Positions 38,759-46,523 are shown, counted from the stretch's first letter. The stretch: 53,135 nt of DNA from Candidatus Nealsonbacteria bacterium RIFOXYB1_FULL_40_15 (GCA_001821555.1 MHMM01000006.1:1-53135); one strand, 5' to 3'. The notes: generated from the sequence alone by a model not told the origin. Numbers and translations: made by a program.

Positions 38759-39064
38759 TTATTTGAACAGGATTTTAATTATATGCTCCACCGCCTTATT
38801 AAGGTTATTTTTTTTCTTTTCCCCGATCTTTTCAAGATCTTTTTTCAGCTCTCTTTGAATTTCAGACTCTATTTCAATCATTTTCTTTTTTGTAGAATCG
38901 TCCAGTTTTTTGATTTCGTCTTCCGAAACTTCAGATTTCTTTTCAAGAGCCGAAAAAAGCTCTGTTTTTCTTTTTAAAACTTCTTTTTGGGCCTTTTCTC
39001 TTGCCTCTGAAATCCTGCCCTTATTCAGATCTTCACAATTAAGTATTTGGTTTAATTCGTTCAT
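38759..39064 (-). CDS. V-type ATPase subunit G/H-like
   Basis: Charged coiled coil, first gene of the operon, ends NLNKAVEHII. Confidence 0.6.
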   Translation of the reverse strand: MNELNQILNCEDLNKGRISEAREKAQKEVLKRKTELFSALEKKSEVSEDEIKKLDDSTKKKMIEIESEIQRELKKDLEKIGEKKKNNLNKAVEHIIKILFK

Positions 39065-39141
39065 AATTTAAAAAATTAAAATACAGTCTATTGTATACAG
39101 CAATAACAAAAAAGTCAATGATTTTTGGAAATAGTCCAACT

Positions 39142-39167
39142 AAAAAAGAGCCCTCTCGGGCTCTCTT
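39142..39167 (-). terminator. Intrinsic terminator upstream of the V-ATPase operon
   Basis: AGAGCCC-TCTC-GGGCTCT with a minus-strand U tract. Confidence 0.6.
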
Positions 39168-39168
39168 G

Positions 39169-39651
39169 TTAATTTATCACCGTAATTTCTATATCCTCTA
39201 TTCCGGGAAACTGTTTCAGAGTTTGCTCTATCTGGGATTTTATCATAGCTTTAGAGCATAAACCCCCTAGGTCGGGCATAGGATCTGAAGAAAGCCGGAT
39301 CTTGGCAGTTTTACCATCTATTAAAAACTCCTCTAGCTGAACTCCTTTTTTAATAGCGCTGAAATATCCGTTTTTTTCTTCTTCCCCCGAAGGGCCTCCC
39401 AAAAGCTCTTCTAAGGATGATCTTTCTGATTTCTCCTTTACTTCTCTTTCAACCGGATAAACCCAGCCGCAGTCAATGGGAAGATCCATTTTCCGGCTGT
39501 TTCCGAAATAAAGGGCTAGAGTTTCTATATCTTCCCTTCTTGTTTGCTCTCCTTCTACAAATTCTTCTTTCGTGTCAGATGCTGTGTAAACAGCCCATAA
39601 AACAATGAGGATGGCGATTATAATTAAGAAACCTACTAAAAATTTATTCAT
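39169..39651 (-). CDS. GerMN-domain membrane-anchored protein
   Basis: LYFGN, VYPVER, LEELLGGPS.EE..GYFS, GGLCS...QIEQTLKQFPGI. Confidence 0.85.
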   Translation of the reverse strand: MNKFLVGFLIIIAILIVLWAVYTASDTKEEFVEGEQTRREDIETLALYFGNSRKMDLPIDCGWVYPVEREVKEKSERSSLEELLGGPSGEEEKNGYFSAIKKGVQLEEFLIDGKTAKIRLSSDPMPDLGGLCSKAMIKSQIEQTLKQFPGIEDIEITVIN

Positions 39652-39654
39652 ATT

Positions 39655-39996
39655 TTAGAATACGGCGTCAACTATAGCTATAGTTAATGCTAATATTATG
39701 CTGAAGATAACAGCCCACCAGAAATTCTTTACTTCAAATCCGGGAATGATATAGCTTGCAAGCATAATCAGGAGGGCGTTTATAACAAAGGTAAATAATC
39801 CCAAGGTAAGTATATTTATTGGAAGCGTAAGAAGAATAAGAACCGGCCTCACAAGAAGATTCAATACCCCCAGAACTAAAGCCACAAGAAGAGCAGTGGT
39901 AAATCCCGCCACCTGTATGCCTGGCAGTACAAATGCCACAACTAGAATCACCAATGTTGTTATTATCCAGTTGATTATTATGTCCATAAAATTCAC
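39655..39996 (-). CDS. YvlD-like 4-TM phage-holin-family (DUF360) protein
   Basis: LGVLNLLVRPVLILLTLPINILTLGLFTFVINA. Confidence 0.9.
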   Translation of the reverse strand: MNFMDIIINWIITTLVILVVAFVLPGIQVAGFTTALLVALVLGVLNLLVRPVLILLTLPINILTLGLFTFVINALLIMLASYIIPGFEVKNFWWAVIFSIILALTIAIVDAVF

Positions 39997-40223
39997 AGCA
40001 TTTTATTGTAAAGAGAAACTGTCGCATAAACGAGTATCCAAACTATAACAGACGAGATCACAAGCCCCAAGATAAGATAACCCCAATTTATCTCTTCTGA
40101 AACAAATCCTCCGGGAGTCATAACCGCCAAATCCGGAATGATAGAAGCAATGATAAGAAGGACTATAAAATAAGCAACAAATACTACTGTGGCCGCATTC
40201 GCCAGTTTTATTGGATGAAGCAT
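39993..40223 (-). CDS. Small two-TM membrane protein
   Basis: 76 aa, two hydrophobic segments, overlaps the neighbour start by 4 nt. Confidence 0.65.
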   Translation of the reverse strand: MLHPIKLANAATVVFVAYFIVLLIIASIIPDLAVMTPGGFVSEEINWGYLILGLVISSVIVWILVYATVSLYNKML

Positions 40224-40235
40224 GGCAATTATTAT

Positions 40236-40694
40236 TTAATAAATAATATCTCTGATTCTGTAGCCCTCTGCAACCGGAGAAAGCACAATCTCCCCCACTC
40301 TCCGCCCTAAAAGGGCTCTTCCAAATGGGGACTCGTCCGAAATCTTGCCTTTGTCAGGATCTGTTTCGGCGGTTCCCACCAGCCATATCTTCTGGATTCC
40401 CTTTTTCCCCTCAAGGAGAACCTTCGCTCCCAGCTGGACTATATTCCGCCTTTTCTCGGGAGGAGTCTCTATGACTTTCGCATTCTTGATTATCTGCTCC
40501 AGTTCTTCAATTTTTTTCTCAAGAATTCCAAGCTCTTCAAGAAAAAAGAGGTAATCGGAATTAACCGCATCCGACTCAAAAGAAGGAGGAATATCCTCTT
40601 TTGCCCTGACAAGCTTTTTTCTTAAAAAGGTGTATTGTTTTTTTATTCTGTTAAACCCTGATGAAGTAAGATAAAATATTTTTTTTGTTTCCAT
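40236..40694 (-). CDS. GreA/GreB-family factor (divergent acidic loop)
   Basis: YLT..G, NSDY, VQLGAKV, LVGTAETDP..GKISDESPFGRALLGR. Confidence 0.85.
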   Translation of the reverse strand: METKKIFYLTSSGFNRIKKQYTFLRKKLVRAKEDIPPSFESDAVNSDYLFFLEELGILEKKIEELEQIIKNAKVIETPPEKRRNIVQLGAKVLLEGKKGIQKIWLVGTAETDPDKGKISDESPFGRALLGRRVGEIVLSPVAEGYRIRDIIY

Positions 40695-40736
40695 ATGCGA
40701 ATATTATCCCAGACGCAGAATTAAAAAGATATTAAA

Positions 40737-40762
40737 AAACCCGCTTTCCGGCGGGTTTCTTT
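40737..40762. terminator. Intrinsic terminator after the response regulator
   Basis: AAACCCGC-TTTCCG-GCGGGTTT with flanking A/T tracts. Confidence 0.6.
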
Positions 40763-41458
40763 TCAAGATATTTGGATATGCTCTTTAGATTCTATTTTGT
40801 ATCCTTCTCCATGCATTGTTTTTATAACCTGCTTGTCCTTGCCGTCTCCTATCTTTTTTCTCAACCTGCTCACATATACATCTACGATGTTGCTAAAAGA
40901 ATCAAAGTTGAAATCCCAGACCTTGCTTGCTATATCTTCTCTCTTTACCATTTGATCGGGATGGCGCATAAGATATTCCAAAAGCCTGTATTCTGTAAGA
41001 GTAAGCTTTATCTCTTTTTTTCCTATTCTGACTGTTTTATTTGACGGATCCAGTTCAAGCCCCGAAAGGGAAAGCTTTGAAGGGAGAACGATTTTGGGCC
41101 TTCTTGAAACCGCTCTTATTCTTGCCACCAATTCCTGGAAGCTGAACGGCTTTACAAGGTAATCATCCGCTCCCGCATTAAGCAATGACACTTTGTCTTC
41201 TTCTGAGTCTTTTGCGGTAAGAACAAGTATGGGAATTGAGATCCCTAGTTTTCTTATATTTTTGCAAACTTCAAATCCGTCTCTTTTGGGAAGCATCAAA
41301 TCCAGCACCACCAAATCATAATCTTTATGATGAACTTCTATTCTGCGCTGGCCGACTTCTCCGTCGCCCACATAATCAACCGTATATCCTTCTTTTTTAA
41401 GAGCATCTCTTAAAAGTTTGGCTAAATTCTCTTGGTCTTCAACAATTAGTATTTTCAT
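40763..41458 (-). CDS. OmpR/PhoB-family response regulator (no adjacent kinase)
   Basis: IVED, DLMLP, LTAK, GADDYLVKPF, LTLTEYRLL, VDVYVSRLRKK. Confidence 0.95.
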   Translation of the reverse strand: MKILIVEDQENLAKLLRDALKKEGYTVDYVGDGEVGQRRIEVHHKDYDLVVLDLMLPKRDGFEVCKNIRKLGISIPILVLTAKDSEEDKVSLLNAGADDYLVKPFSFQELVARIRAVSRRPKIVLPSKLSLSGLELDPSNKTVRIGKKEIKLTLTEYRLLEYLMRHPDQMVKREDIASKVWDFNFDSFSNIVDVYVSRLRKKIGDGKDKQVIKTMHGEGYKIESKEHIQIS

Positions 41459-41578
41459 ATATTATAAATATTATATATGTAAGATTAAAAAACTATTACA
41501 ATCTCTGTTTATCAGAAAAACAATAAGGAAGCAATCTTTAATTGTTTTTTAACGGCTTATTTCGTATATTTTATCCAT

Positions 41579-41710
41579 ATGAAAAACGAAGCTATCCTCT
41601 GGATCGTGGACACCGATACCAAGGTAATGAATAAATTCAAGAAAAAACATTTTTCGCTGGCTGTTTCTATTCTGTTTCTGGCCGGTCTCTTTGCTTTTCT
41701 TATCTCCTGA
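41579..41710 (+). CDS. 43-aa micro-ORF with a C-terminal TM helix
   Basis: MKNEAILWIVDTDTKVMNKFKKKHFSLAVSILFLAGLFAFLIS; overlaps the ECF sigma 3' end by 11 nt. Confidence 0.4.
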   Translation: MKNEAILWIVDTDTKVMNKFKKKHFSLAVSILFLAGLFAFLIS

Positions 41711-42239
41711 TTATCACTTCTAATTTCTGAATGGCTCTTCTATTTCTCGCAGAAATATTCTTAACAGTCGTATTGCATGCTTCGGCTATCTCTTTGAGTT
41801 TCATATTTTCAACATATCTCATTACAAGAACATCCTGGTAAATCCTGGGAAGTTTTTGCATAATCTCAAATACCCTTCTTGCCAAATCGTTATTTTCAAA
41901 CAGCTCTTCTTGCCTATAAGAAAGCTTTGCGGCTTTTTTGCTGCTTAAAATTTCTTCCAGACTTCGCCTATCCGTAAATTTCTTCTTCCTGTATAAATCT
42001 ATGATAAGATTTTTTGCCACTCTGTAAAGAAAGGGGCGCATTTCTCTGACGGTCCTTCCTTGCTTCATATACTTCCAGGTTTTTGTAAATGTTTCTTGGG
42101 TTATATCTTCGGCTATATCGGCAGAATACACCCTGTAAAAACTATATCTGTAGATTGAATCTGCGTATCTATCGTATATTTCCGAGAATTCTTTCTTCTT
42201 TTCATAGATTTCTTTGTCTTTTCCGTAGCTCCTTGACAA
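41700..42239 (-). CDS. ECF RNA polymerase sigma factor
   Basis: Region 2 AEDITQETFTKTW...FLYRVAKNLIID and region 4 LP..YQDVL.MRY...EIAE; TTG start uncertain. Confidence 0.88.
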   Translation of the reverse strand: MSRSYGKDKEIYEKKKEFSEIYDRYADSIYRYSFYRVYSADIAEDITQETFTKTWKYMKQGRTVREMRPFLYRVAKNLIIDLYRKKKFTDRRSLEEILSSKKAAKLSYRQEELFENNDLARRVFEIMQKLPRIYQDVLVMRYVENMKLKEIAEACNTTVKNISARNRRAIQKLEVIIRR

Positions 42240-42302
42240 AACTGTTTTATTAAAATAATATTAAAAGCAAATTTTGTTTAATTAAAACCAAAATTATTAT
42301 AC

Positions 42303-43448
42303 ATGAAAATACATAAAGATACTCTTAAAAAATCCTTTATAGCTTCGCTAATTATCATTTTCTCGGTCGCCCTCTATTCTTCAGCCGTTCTAGCGCCCGA
42401 AAGATTCAACGCAGTTCCTAAAAAAACAATTAGCTTAGAAGAAATATTGCAAATCCTTCCGGTAGAATCTGTAAAAGAAAGCCTGGTCCAGAATTCCTGG
42501 GCCACGGCTATTTTTTTGCCGCAAACCCACCAACAACCGGGAAGTTCAGCTAAGAGTTTAGTAAATGACGAAGCCGAGCTTGTCCAGAACCAGATCTACG
42601 AAGTGCTTTCTTATCTCTCTCAATCAGGAACAGATTTTATAATGACAGAGGGAGAACTATATGGGCCGGTTGAGGAGGAAAAGATAAATAATCTAGAAAA
42701 TCTAATCAAACTAAGGGAATCTTTTGCTTCTCAATCGGAAGAAATAAAATCTTTGATTTCAAACCCCGAAGACTACGGCCATTTTTCAAAGAGCGCTGAT
42801 GCCTATCTCTCTCTCTTAGACAGGGAAATAACCCTTGCCGGAGCAGCCAGTATGCTCAAAGCAAAAAATGAGCATGTATGCCTTTATGGATCGGAGGTTA
42901 AGAAAACCCAGGATGAGTCGGCCGAAATAGTCAGAAACTATATATATTTGGAGGATCGCAAGGATCAGCTTTCGGGAAACAGCAGTAAAAACAGCGCATT
43001 ATCCGCCCTGCAAATCATAGGCGGCTTCCAGGACACTCCGGAAAAATCGCTGGAAAACGATATACACCTTATGCTTTCCTGCCCTAATTTTACGTTAAGG
43101 CAAGAAGCCGGAGAGCTTGAGCAGATGTATGGAAAAATTGAAGGATTAAGATCGAATAAAACAGTTTCTTCAAACCCTAAAAGAACTGATAATCCATATA
43201 AAAACATTTATTCCATAGATAAGATAGACTTGCTGTTATCCGAAACAGAATCTGATATTAACAATGTTGTTGTTGTCAAAAGAAATAAAGAAACTGCCGA
43301 AAACTTTGCCAGGGCATTAAAAGAAAACGATCTTAACGAAGGCATTATTCAATTCGGAGCCGGCCACGAAGAAGGACTTGTAGAAGAGCTCAACAAGCTC
43401 GGGATAAGTGTAATTACCGTAAAAGTAAAAGGCGGGAAACAGAATTAA
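42303..43448 (+). CDS. Exported hypothetical protein, possibly TraB/Tiki/ChaN-like fold
   Basis: Signal/TM, then IFLPQTH, FIMTEG, KRN, IQFGAGH spaced around helical inserts. Confidence 0.55.
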   Translation: MKIHKDTLKKSFIASLIIIFSVALYSSAVLAPERFNAVPKKTISLEEILQILPVESVKESLVQNSWATAIFLPQTHQQPGSSAKSLVNDEAELVQNQIYEVLSYLSQSGTDFIMTEGELYGPVEEEKINNLENLIKLRESFASQSEEIKSLISNPEDYGHFSKSADAYLSLLDREITLAGAASMLKAKNEHVCLYGSEVKKTQDESAEIVRNYIYLEDRKDQLSGNSSKNSALSALQIIGGFQDTPEKSLENDIHLMLSCPNFTLRQEAGELEQMYGKIEGLRSNKTVSSNPKRTDNPYKNIYSIDKIDLLLSETESDINNVVVVKRNKETAENFARALKENDLNEGIIQFGAGHEEGLVEELNKLGISVITVKVKGGKQN

Positions 43449-43500
43449 TTTCCCGCTACATATATTTACGACGGGTCTTAAAAAGAAATTCTAAAACCAA

Positions 43501-43525
43501 AAGGCGGCCCTTTTTGAACCGCCTT
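43501..43525. terminator. Hairpin between convergent genes
   Basis: AAGGCGG-N11-CCGCCTT. Confidence 0.45.
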
Positions 43526-43536
43526 CCTCATCCTCC

Positions 43537-44139
43537 TTAGTCAAATATTCCGCCGCTGCCGCCGAATAATTCATTGAGAATTATCAACTGCCCCAAATCT
43601 CCTCCAAAAATCCCTCCGTTGGAGCCGTTAAACAGATTGCCTGTTCCGTTCCCAAAGAGAGACTGGAGTATAAATAGATCTCCCAAATCCGTATCGCCCC
43701 CTCCTAGAATATCGCCGCCGCCAAACAGTTCGCTCAAGATGAACAAATCTCCCAGATTGTTTCCTCCGTTGAATATTCCCTCCGAAGATCCTATCCCTGC
43801 TGTCGGAAGAGCAAGCACTTGTCCCGGAAAGATAAGATCGGGATTTGCGAGATTGTTCTGGCTAGCTATAGACGGCCACAAATTAGCGTTCCCCAGATAA
43901 ACAGCTGCTATTCCCGAAAGCGTATCCCCCGGCTGGACAACTACAGTTCTGCCTGTTGAAGTTCCTCCGTTGAACACTCCCCCAGAAAAGAGCTGGTCTA
44001 AGATAATGAGATCTCCGAGATCCGTATCATCTCCGCTGCCAAATAAGGCAGCTTCTGTGGGAACTGCCGCTCCGGCGCCGACAACTACGACTCCGGCTAC
44101 AGCAAGACCTAGAGCAAATTTCTTTATTTTATTTTTCAT
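43537..44139 (-). CDS. Secreted LysM protein with four (D/N)LG(D/Q)L(I/F)IL..LF repeats
   Basis: Signal peptide ending AEA, LysM VQPGDTLSGIA...NPDLIFPGQVL, Gly-rich repeats. Confidence 0.85.
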   Translation of the reverse strand: MKNKIKKFALGLAVAGVVVVGAGAAVPTEAALFGSGDDTDLGDLIILDQLFSGGVFNGGTSTGRTVVVQPGDTLSGIAAVYLGNANLWPSIASQNNLANPDLIFPGQVLALPTAGIGSSEGIFNGGNNLGDLFILSELFGGGDILGGGDTDLGDLFILQSLFGNGTGNLFNGSNGGIFGGDLGQLIILNELFGGSGGIFD

Positions 44140-44469
44140 GTTTTTTAATTTTTACCTTTCCTACCCTCCTCCGGCCTTTTTGTGAGGGCCGCAAATACTA
44201 AGGAAGGTAGCTTATAATATCTCTGCAGCCCTCAATAATTTACGACGCGTTTTCCCTTTTTTTTCTACAAACTTGCCAGAAACGCTCAAAAATATATAAT
44301 AAAAAAATGGAAGAAAAAATAACCTGCCTCAAAACTTTCAAGGAGGCCTTAAAAAAGACGAAAAAATGCTGTTACTTCTGCGGAAAGAAAAAAATAAAGA
44401 AAATTATAATAGAGGACGGAAAAAAGCGGATAATAAAAAGCAGATCTTGAAAGATCGGCTTTTTTATTT

Positions 44470-44781
44470 TCATTCCGTATCTTCTAAGAGATCGTCAAAT
44501 TCTGATTCTACATCCGCAAGCTTGGGAAGATTCAAGGAATCCAGCTTCTCGTTTATTCCCTCCTCTGAAGTAAGATCTGAATGGAACTGATTAACCACTT
44601 CTTCGGACGAGACAAGCTTATGATACTTGTCTTTTTCTTTAGCGGCGAATTCTTTTACGCTTTCTAAGTTTCCCCTCTCTTCTTCAGAATAGTCCTCATC
44701 TGAAGATTCAAGTATCGGATCAAAAACATTTTCATCCAAAAACTTCAAAAGCTTATCTTTTTTATCTTCCTTTTTTGCCAT
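44470..44781 (-). CDS. Acidic hypothetical protein
   Basis: Likely start MAKKEDKK; helical and acidic; no family recognised. Confidence 0.65.
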   Translation of the reverse strand: MAKKEDKKDKLLKFLDENVFDPILESSDEDYSEEERGNLESVKEFAAKEKDKYHKLVSSEEVVNQFHSDLTSEEGINEKLDSLNLPKLADVESEFDDLLEDTE

Positions 44782-44922
44782 AGCTATTATTTTTAAAAGT
44801 TGATAATGCGACAACTAGATACTAATCCATGGTCTCTTAAAAAACTGTTAAACAAAAACGGCCTCAAAGCCGTTATTTCTGCTCTCTGATTTTTATCTTC
44901 TTTTTTAATTAATTCCTATATA

Positions 44923-44951
44923 TTGACTCTTCAAAATTAAGAATGTAGAAT
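44923..44951 (+). promoter_or_regulatory. Sigma70 promoter ahead of the tRNA 5' copy
   Basis: TTGACT, 17-nt spacer, TAGAAT; predicted TSS a few nt before 44962. Confidence 0.7.
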
Positions 44952-44959
44952 ACAAATAC

Positions 44960-45010
44960 ATTCCGCGGTAGCTTCAGCCAAAGGCTGATCCGCCTCCGGC
45001 GGACAATGGT
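44960..45010 (+). repeat. Duplicated 5' end of tRNA-Asn interrupted by a 30-nt double hairpin
   Basis: ATTCCGCGGTAGCT + [TCAGCC-AAA-GGCTGA, TCCGCC-TCC-GGCGGA] + CAATGGT versus ATTCCGCGGTAGCTCAATGGT at 45246-45266. Confidence 0.85.
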
Positions 45011-45257
45011 TATGTTCTTTGTATATATTTTAAAAAGTTTAAAAAATGGCAAAAGATATATTGGTTGCACAGGAAAAGAACCAGAGATCAGAATAATAGA
45101 GCATAATTCTGGTTGCAATAAGTGGACTAGAGTAAATAAGCCCTTTAAGCTTATTTATAAAGAATTATATAATAGTAAAACGGAGGCACTAAAAAGAGAG
45201 AACTTTTTAAAATCTGGCCAAGGAAGAAAATTCATTGATCAACATATTCCGCGGTAG
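45006..45257 (+). CDS. Stand-alone GIY-YIG nuclease
   Basis: FVYIL...RYIGCT, R..EHN, T....P, EAL.RE..LK; start and stop codons both lie inside tRNA-derived sequence. Confidence 0.9.
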   Translation: MVMFFVYILKSLKNGKRYIGCTGKEPEIRIIEHNSGCNKWTRVNKPFKLIYKELYNSKTEALKRENFLKSGQGRKFIDQHIPR

Positions 45258-45319
45258 CTCAATGGTGGAGCAAGAAGCTGTTAACTTCAAGGTTGCAGGT
45301 TCGAGTCCTGCCCGCGGAG
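45248..45319 (+). tRNA. tRNA-Asn(GTT)
   Basis: Acceptor TCCGCGG/CCGCGGA, D arm GCTC/GAGC, loop CT-GTT-AA, T arm GCAGG-TTCGAGT-CCTGC, discriminator G, no encoded CCA. Confidence 0.95.
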
Positions 45320-45391
45320 CCGAGATAGACGAACAGGAACAAAACCTCCTATTTTTCCTTTTTTCAAAAAGCCTAATTTCCTATTCAAAAA

Positions 45392-45508
45392 CTGTTTCCA
45401 TATTTTTATGTTTTGCCCGTTCTGGCCTTGACTTTTTAGATAAATAAGCGCATAATTTAGCTATTGTTAATTTGTACATTCAATCCCCTGCATAGATCGA
45501 AAGGAGAA
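45392..45508 (+). repeat. 117-bp promoter/RBS module, copy 1
   Basis: Identical to 52769-52885 except 3 substitutions; contains TTGACT-17-CATAAT (45428-45456) and ends at AAGGAGAA. Confidence 0.9.
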
Positions 45509-45511
45509 GTC

Positions 45512-46363
45512 ATGCCGAACGTAGAAATTCATGGAATGGGCAAACGAGAGGAAGCCAATCAATTGGCAGACAAGATCTTCCAACTTTTTGCCGACAAACC
45601 ATATGTCGATGAGATGGTTGTCACCATCTTCGACACGTTCGTCCGGGACAAGGAAGGAGATTCGCAGCCGTTCCTCCGTCTGGCAAATTCATGCCAAGAC
45701 CACACGACAGAAATTATCCAGAAACTCCGCCGATTGGGACTTGATGTCGAGCACGTTCAGCTCCAGGCATTCTACCCCAAGCAGACAATCATCGCGGTTT
45801 CAGTCAACGAACTTAATAAGTTCGGCTGCCCTCACTGTGGATATCGTTCGGGAGCAATGCCTGTTTCCGGCGGCGGATCGGGAGTATGGCAGTGTGGAGA
45901 GTGCGGAAAGACTTGCTGCGTTCTTGCTGAAGGTGTCGTCAAGTCGACAATCGGCTTCAATGGAGAGTATCCCGAATTGCAGTCGCATCCCCGACGCGGC
46001 ACGCCAGCGCATGGGCGACCTGACAACAAGCCGGATAGCGGAGGCGAATTCTTCCGTTCTCGTGGAATCGGGCTTGATGACTGCAGTTGTTTCGTTTGCG
46101 GCACGAAAGGGCATCCCATGCTTCACAACATTGCGGCTTTCGTGCAGTGCAAGGAAGCTGGCGAACGGGTAGTTACAATGATCGGGCAGGGTGCAGTCCT
46201 CGACTATCGTGAATACGAACCCGATCGCGTTCAGGTCAAGGTTGGTGCATGCGATGCTCACTATGCTAACCTCGAAGAGCTCGACAGATTGGTCAGTAGT
46301 GGCACCATCAGCACCAATGTGGTCAAAATGGCAAGGGATTTTTCCCTAACTCCCTCCAAGTAA
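45512..46363 (+). CDS. Hypothetical protein with multiple Zn-ribbon motifs
   Basis: Start MPNVEIHG after AAGGAG; CPHC, CGECGKTC, CSCFVC, CDAH. Confidence 0.75.
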   Translation: MPNVEIHGMGKREEANQLADKIFQLFADKPYVDEMVVTIFDTFVRDKEGDSQPFLRLANSCQDHTTEIIQKLRRLGLDVEHVQLQAFYPKQTIIAVSVNELNKFGCPHCGYRSGAMPVSGGGSGVWQCGECGKTCCVLAEGVVKSTIGFNGEYPELQSHPRRGTPAHGRPDNKPDSGGEFFRSRGIGLDDCSCFVCGTKGHPMLHNIAAFVQCKEAGERVVTMIGQGAVLDYREYEPDRVQVKVGACDAHYANLEELDRLVSSGTISTNVVKMARDFSLTPSK

Positions 46364-46384
46364 AATAGGGGCATTCTTGCTAAG

Positions 46385-46425
46385 GCGTGATTTTATCGGT
46401 AATACCGGTGATATCACGCTTTTTT
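46385..46425 (+). terminator. Intrinsic terminator
   Basis: GCGTGAT...ATCACGC followed by TTTTTT. Confidence 0.6.
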
Positions 46426-46454
46426 ATTTAATTAACAATATACTATGTAGGTTC

Positions 46455-46523
46455 TAACCCTTCAGTAAATTCAGGGTAAACCCCTTTCGGTGAACTCGGG
46501 TAAACGTCCCGCCCAAGGCGGGC
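46455..46523. repeat. Tandem imperfect repeat plus mini-hairpin
   Basis: CCCTTCAGTAAATTCAGGGTAAAC / CCCTTTCGGTGAACTCGGGTAAAC, then CCCGCC-CAA-GGCGGG. Confidence 0.55.

Noticed and set aside
43464-44250. ATTTACGACG 10-mer on both sides of the LysM gene
   Set aside because: Only two short copies; no matching ECF -35 element or element boundary could be shown
546-44590. Many plus-strand ORFs of 60-245 aa in the track (e.g. 8181-8816, 9656-10393, 30929-31603)
   Set aside because: They lie antisense to well-supported genes and show no motifs; treated as shadow ORFs
44960-45319. Group I or BHB tRNA intron
   Set aside because: The downstream tRNA is complete on its own, and no group I core or bulge-helix-bulge was seen; better explained as a duplication
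45531-46261. Alternative-frame and antisense ORFs over the Zn-ribbon gene
   Set aside because: The 45512 frame has the RBS and coherent Cys motifs; the others reflect higher GC
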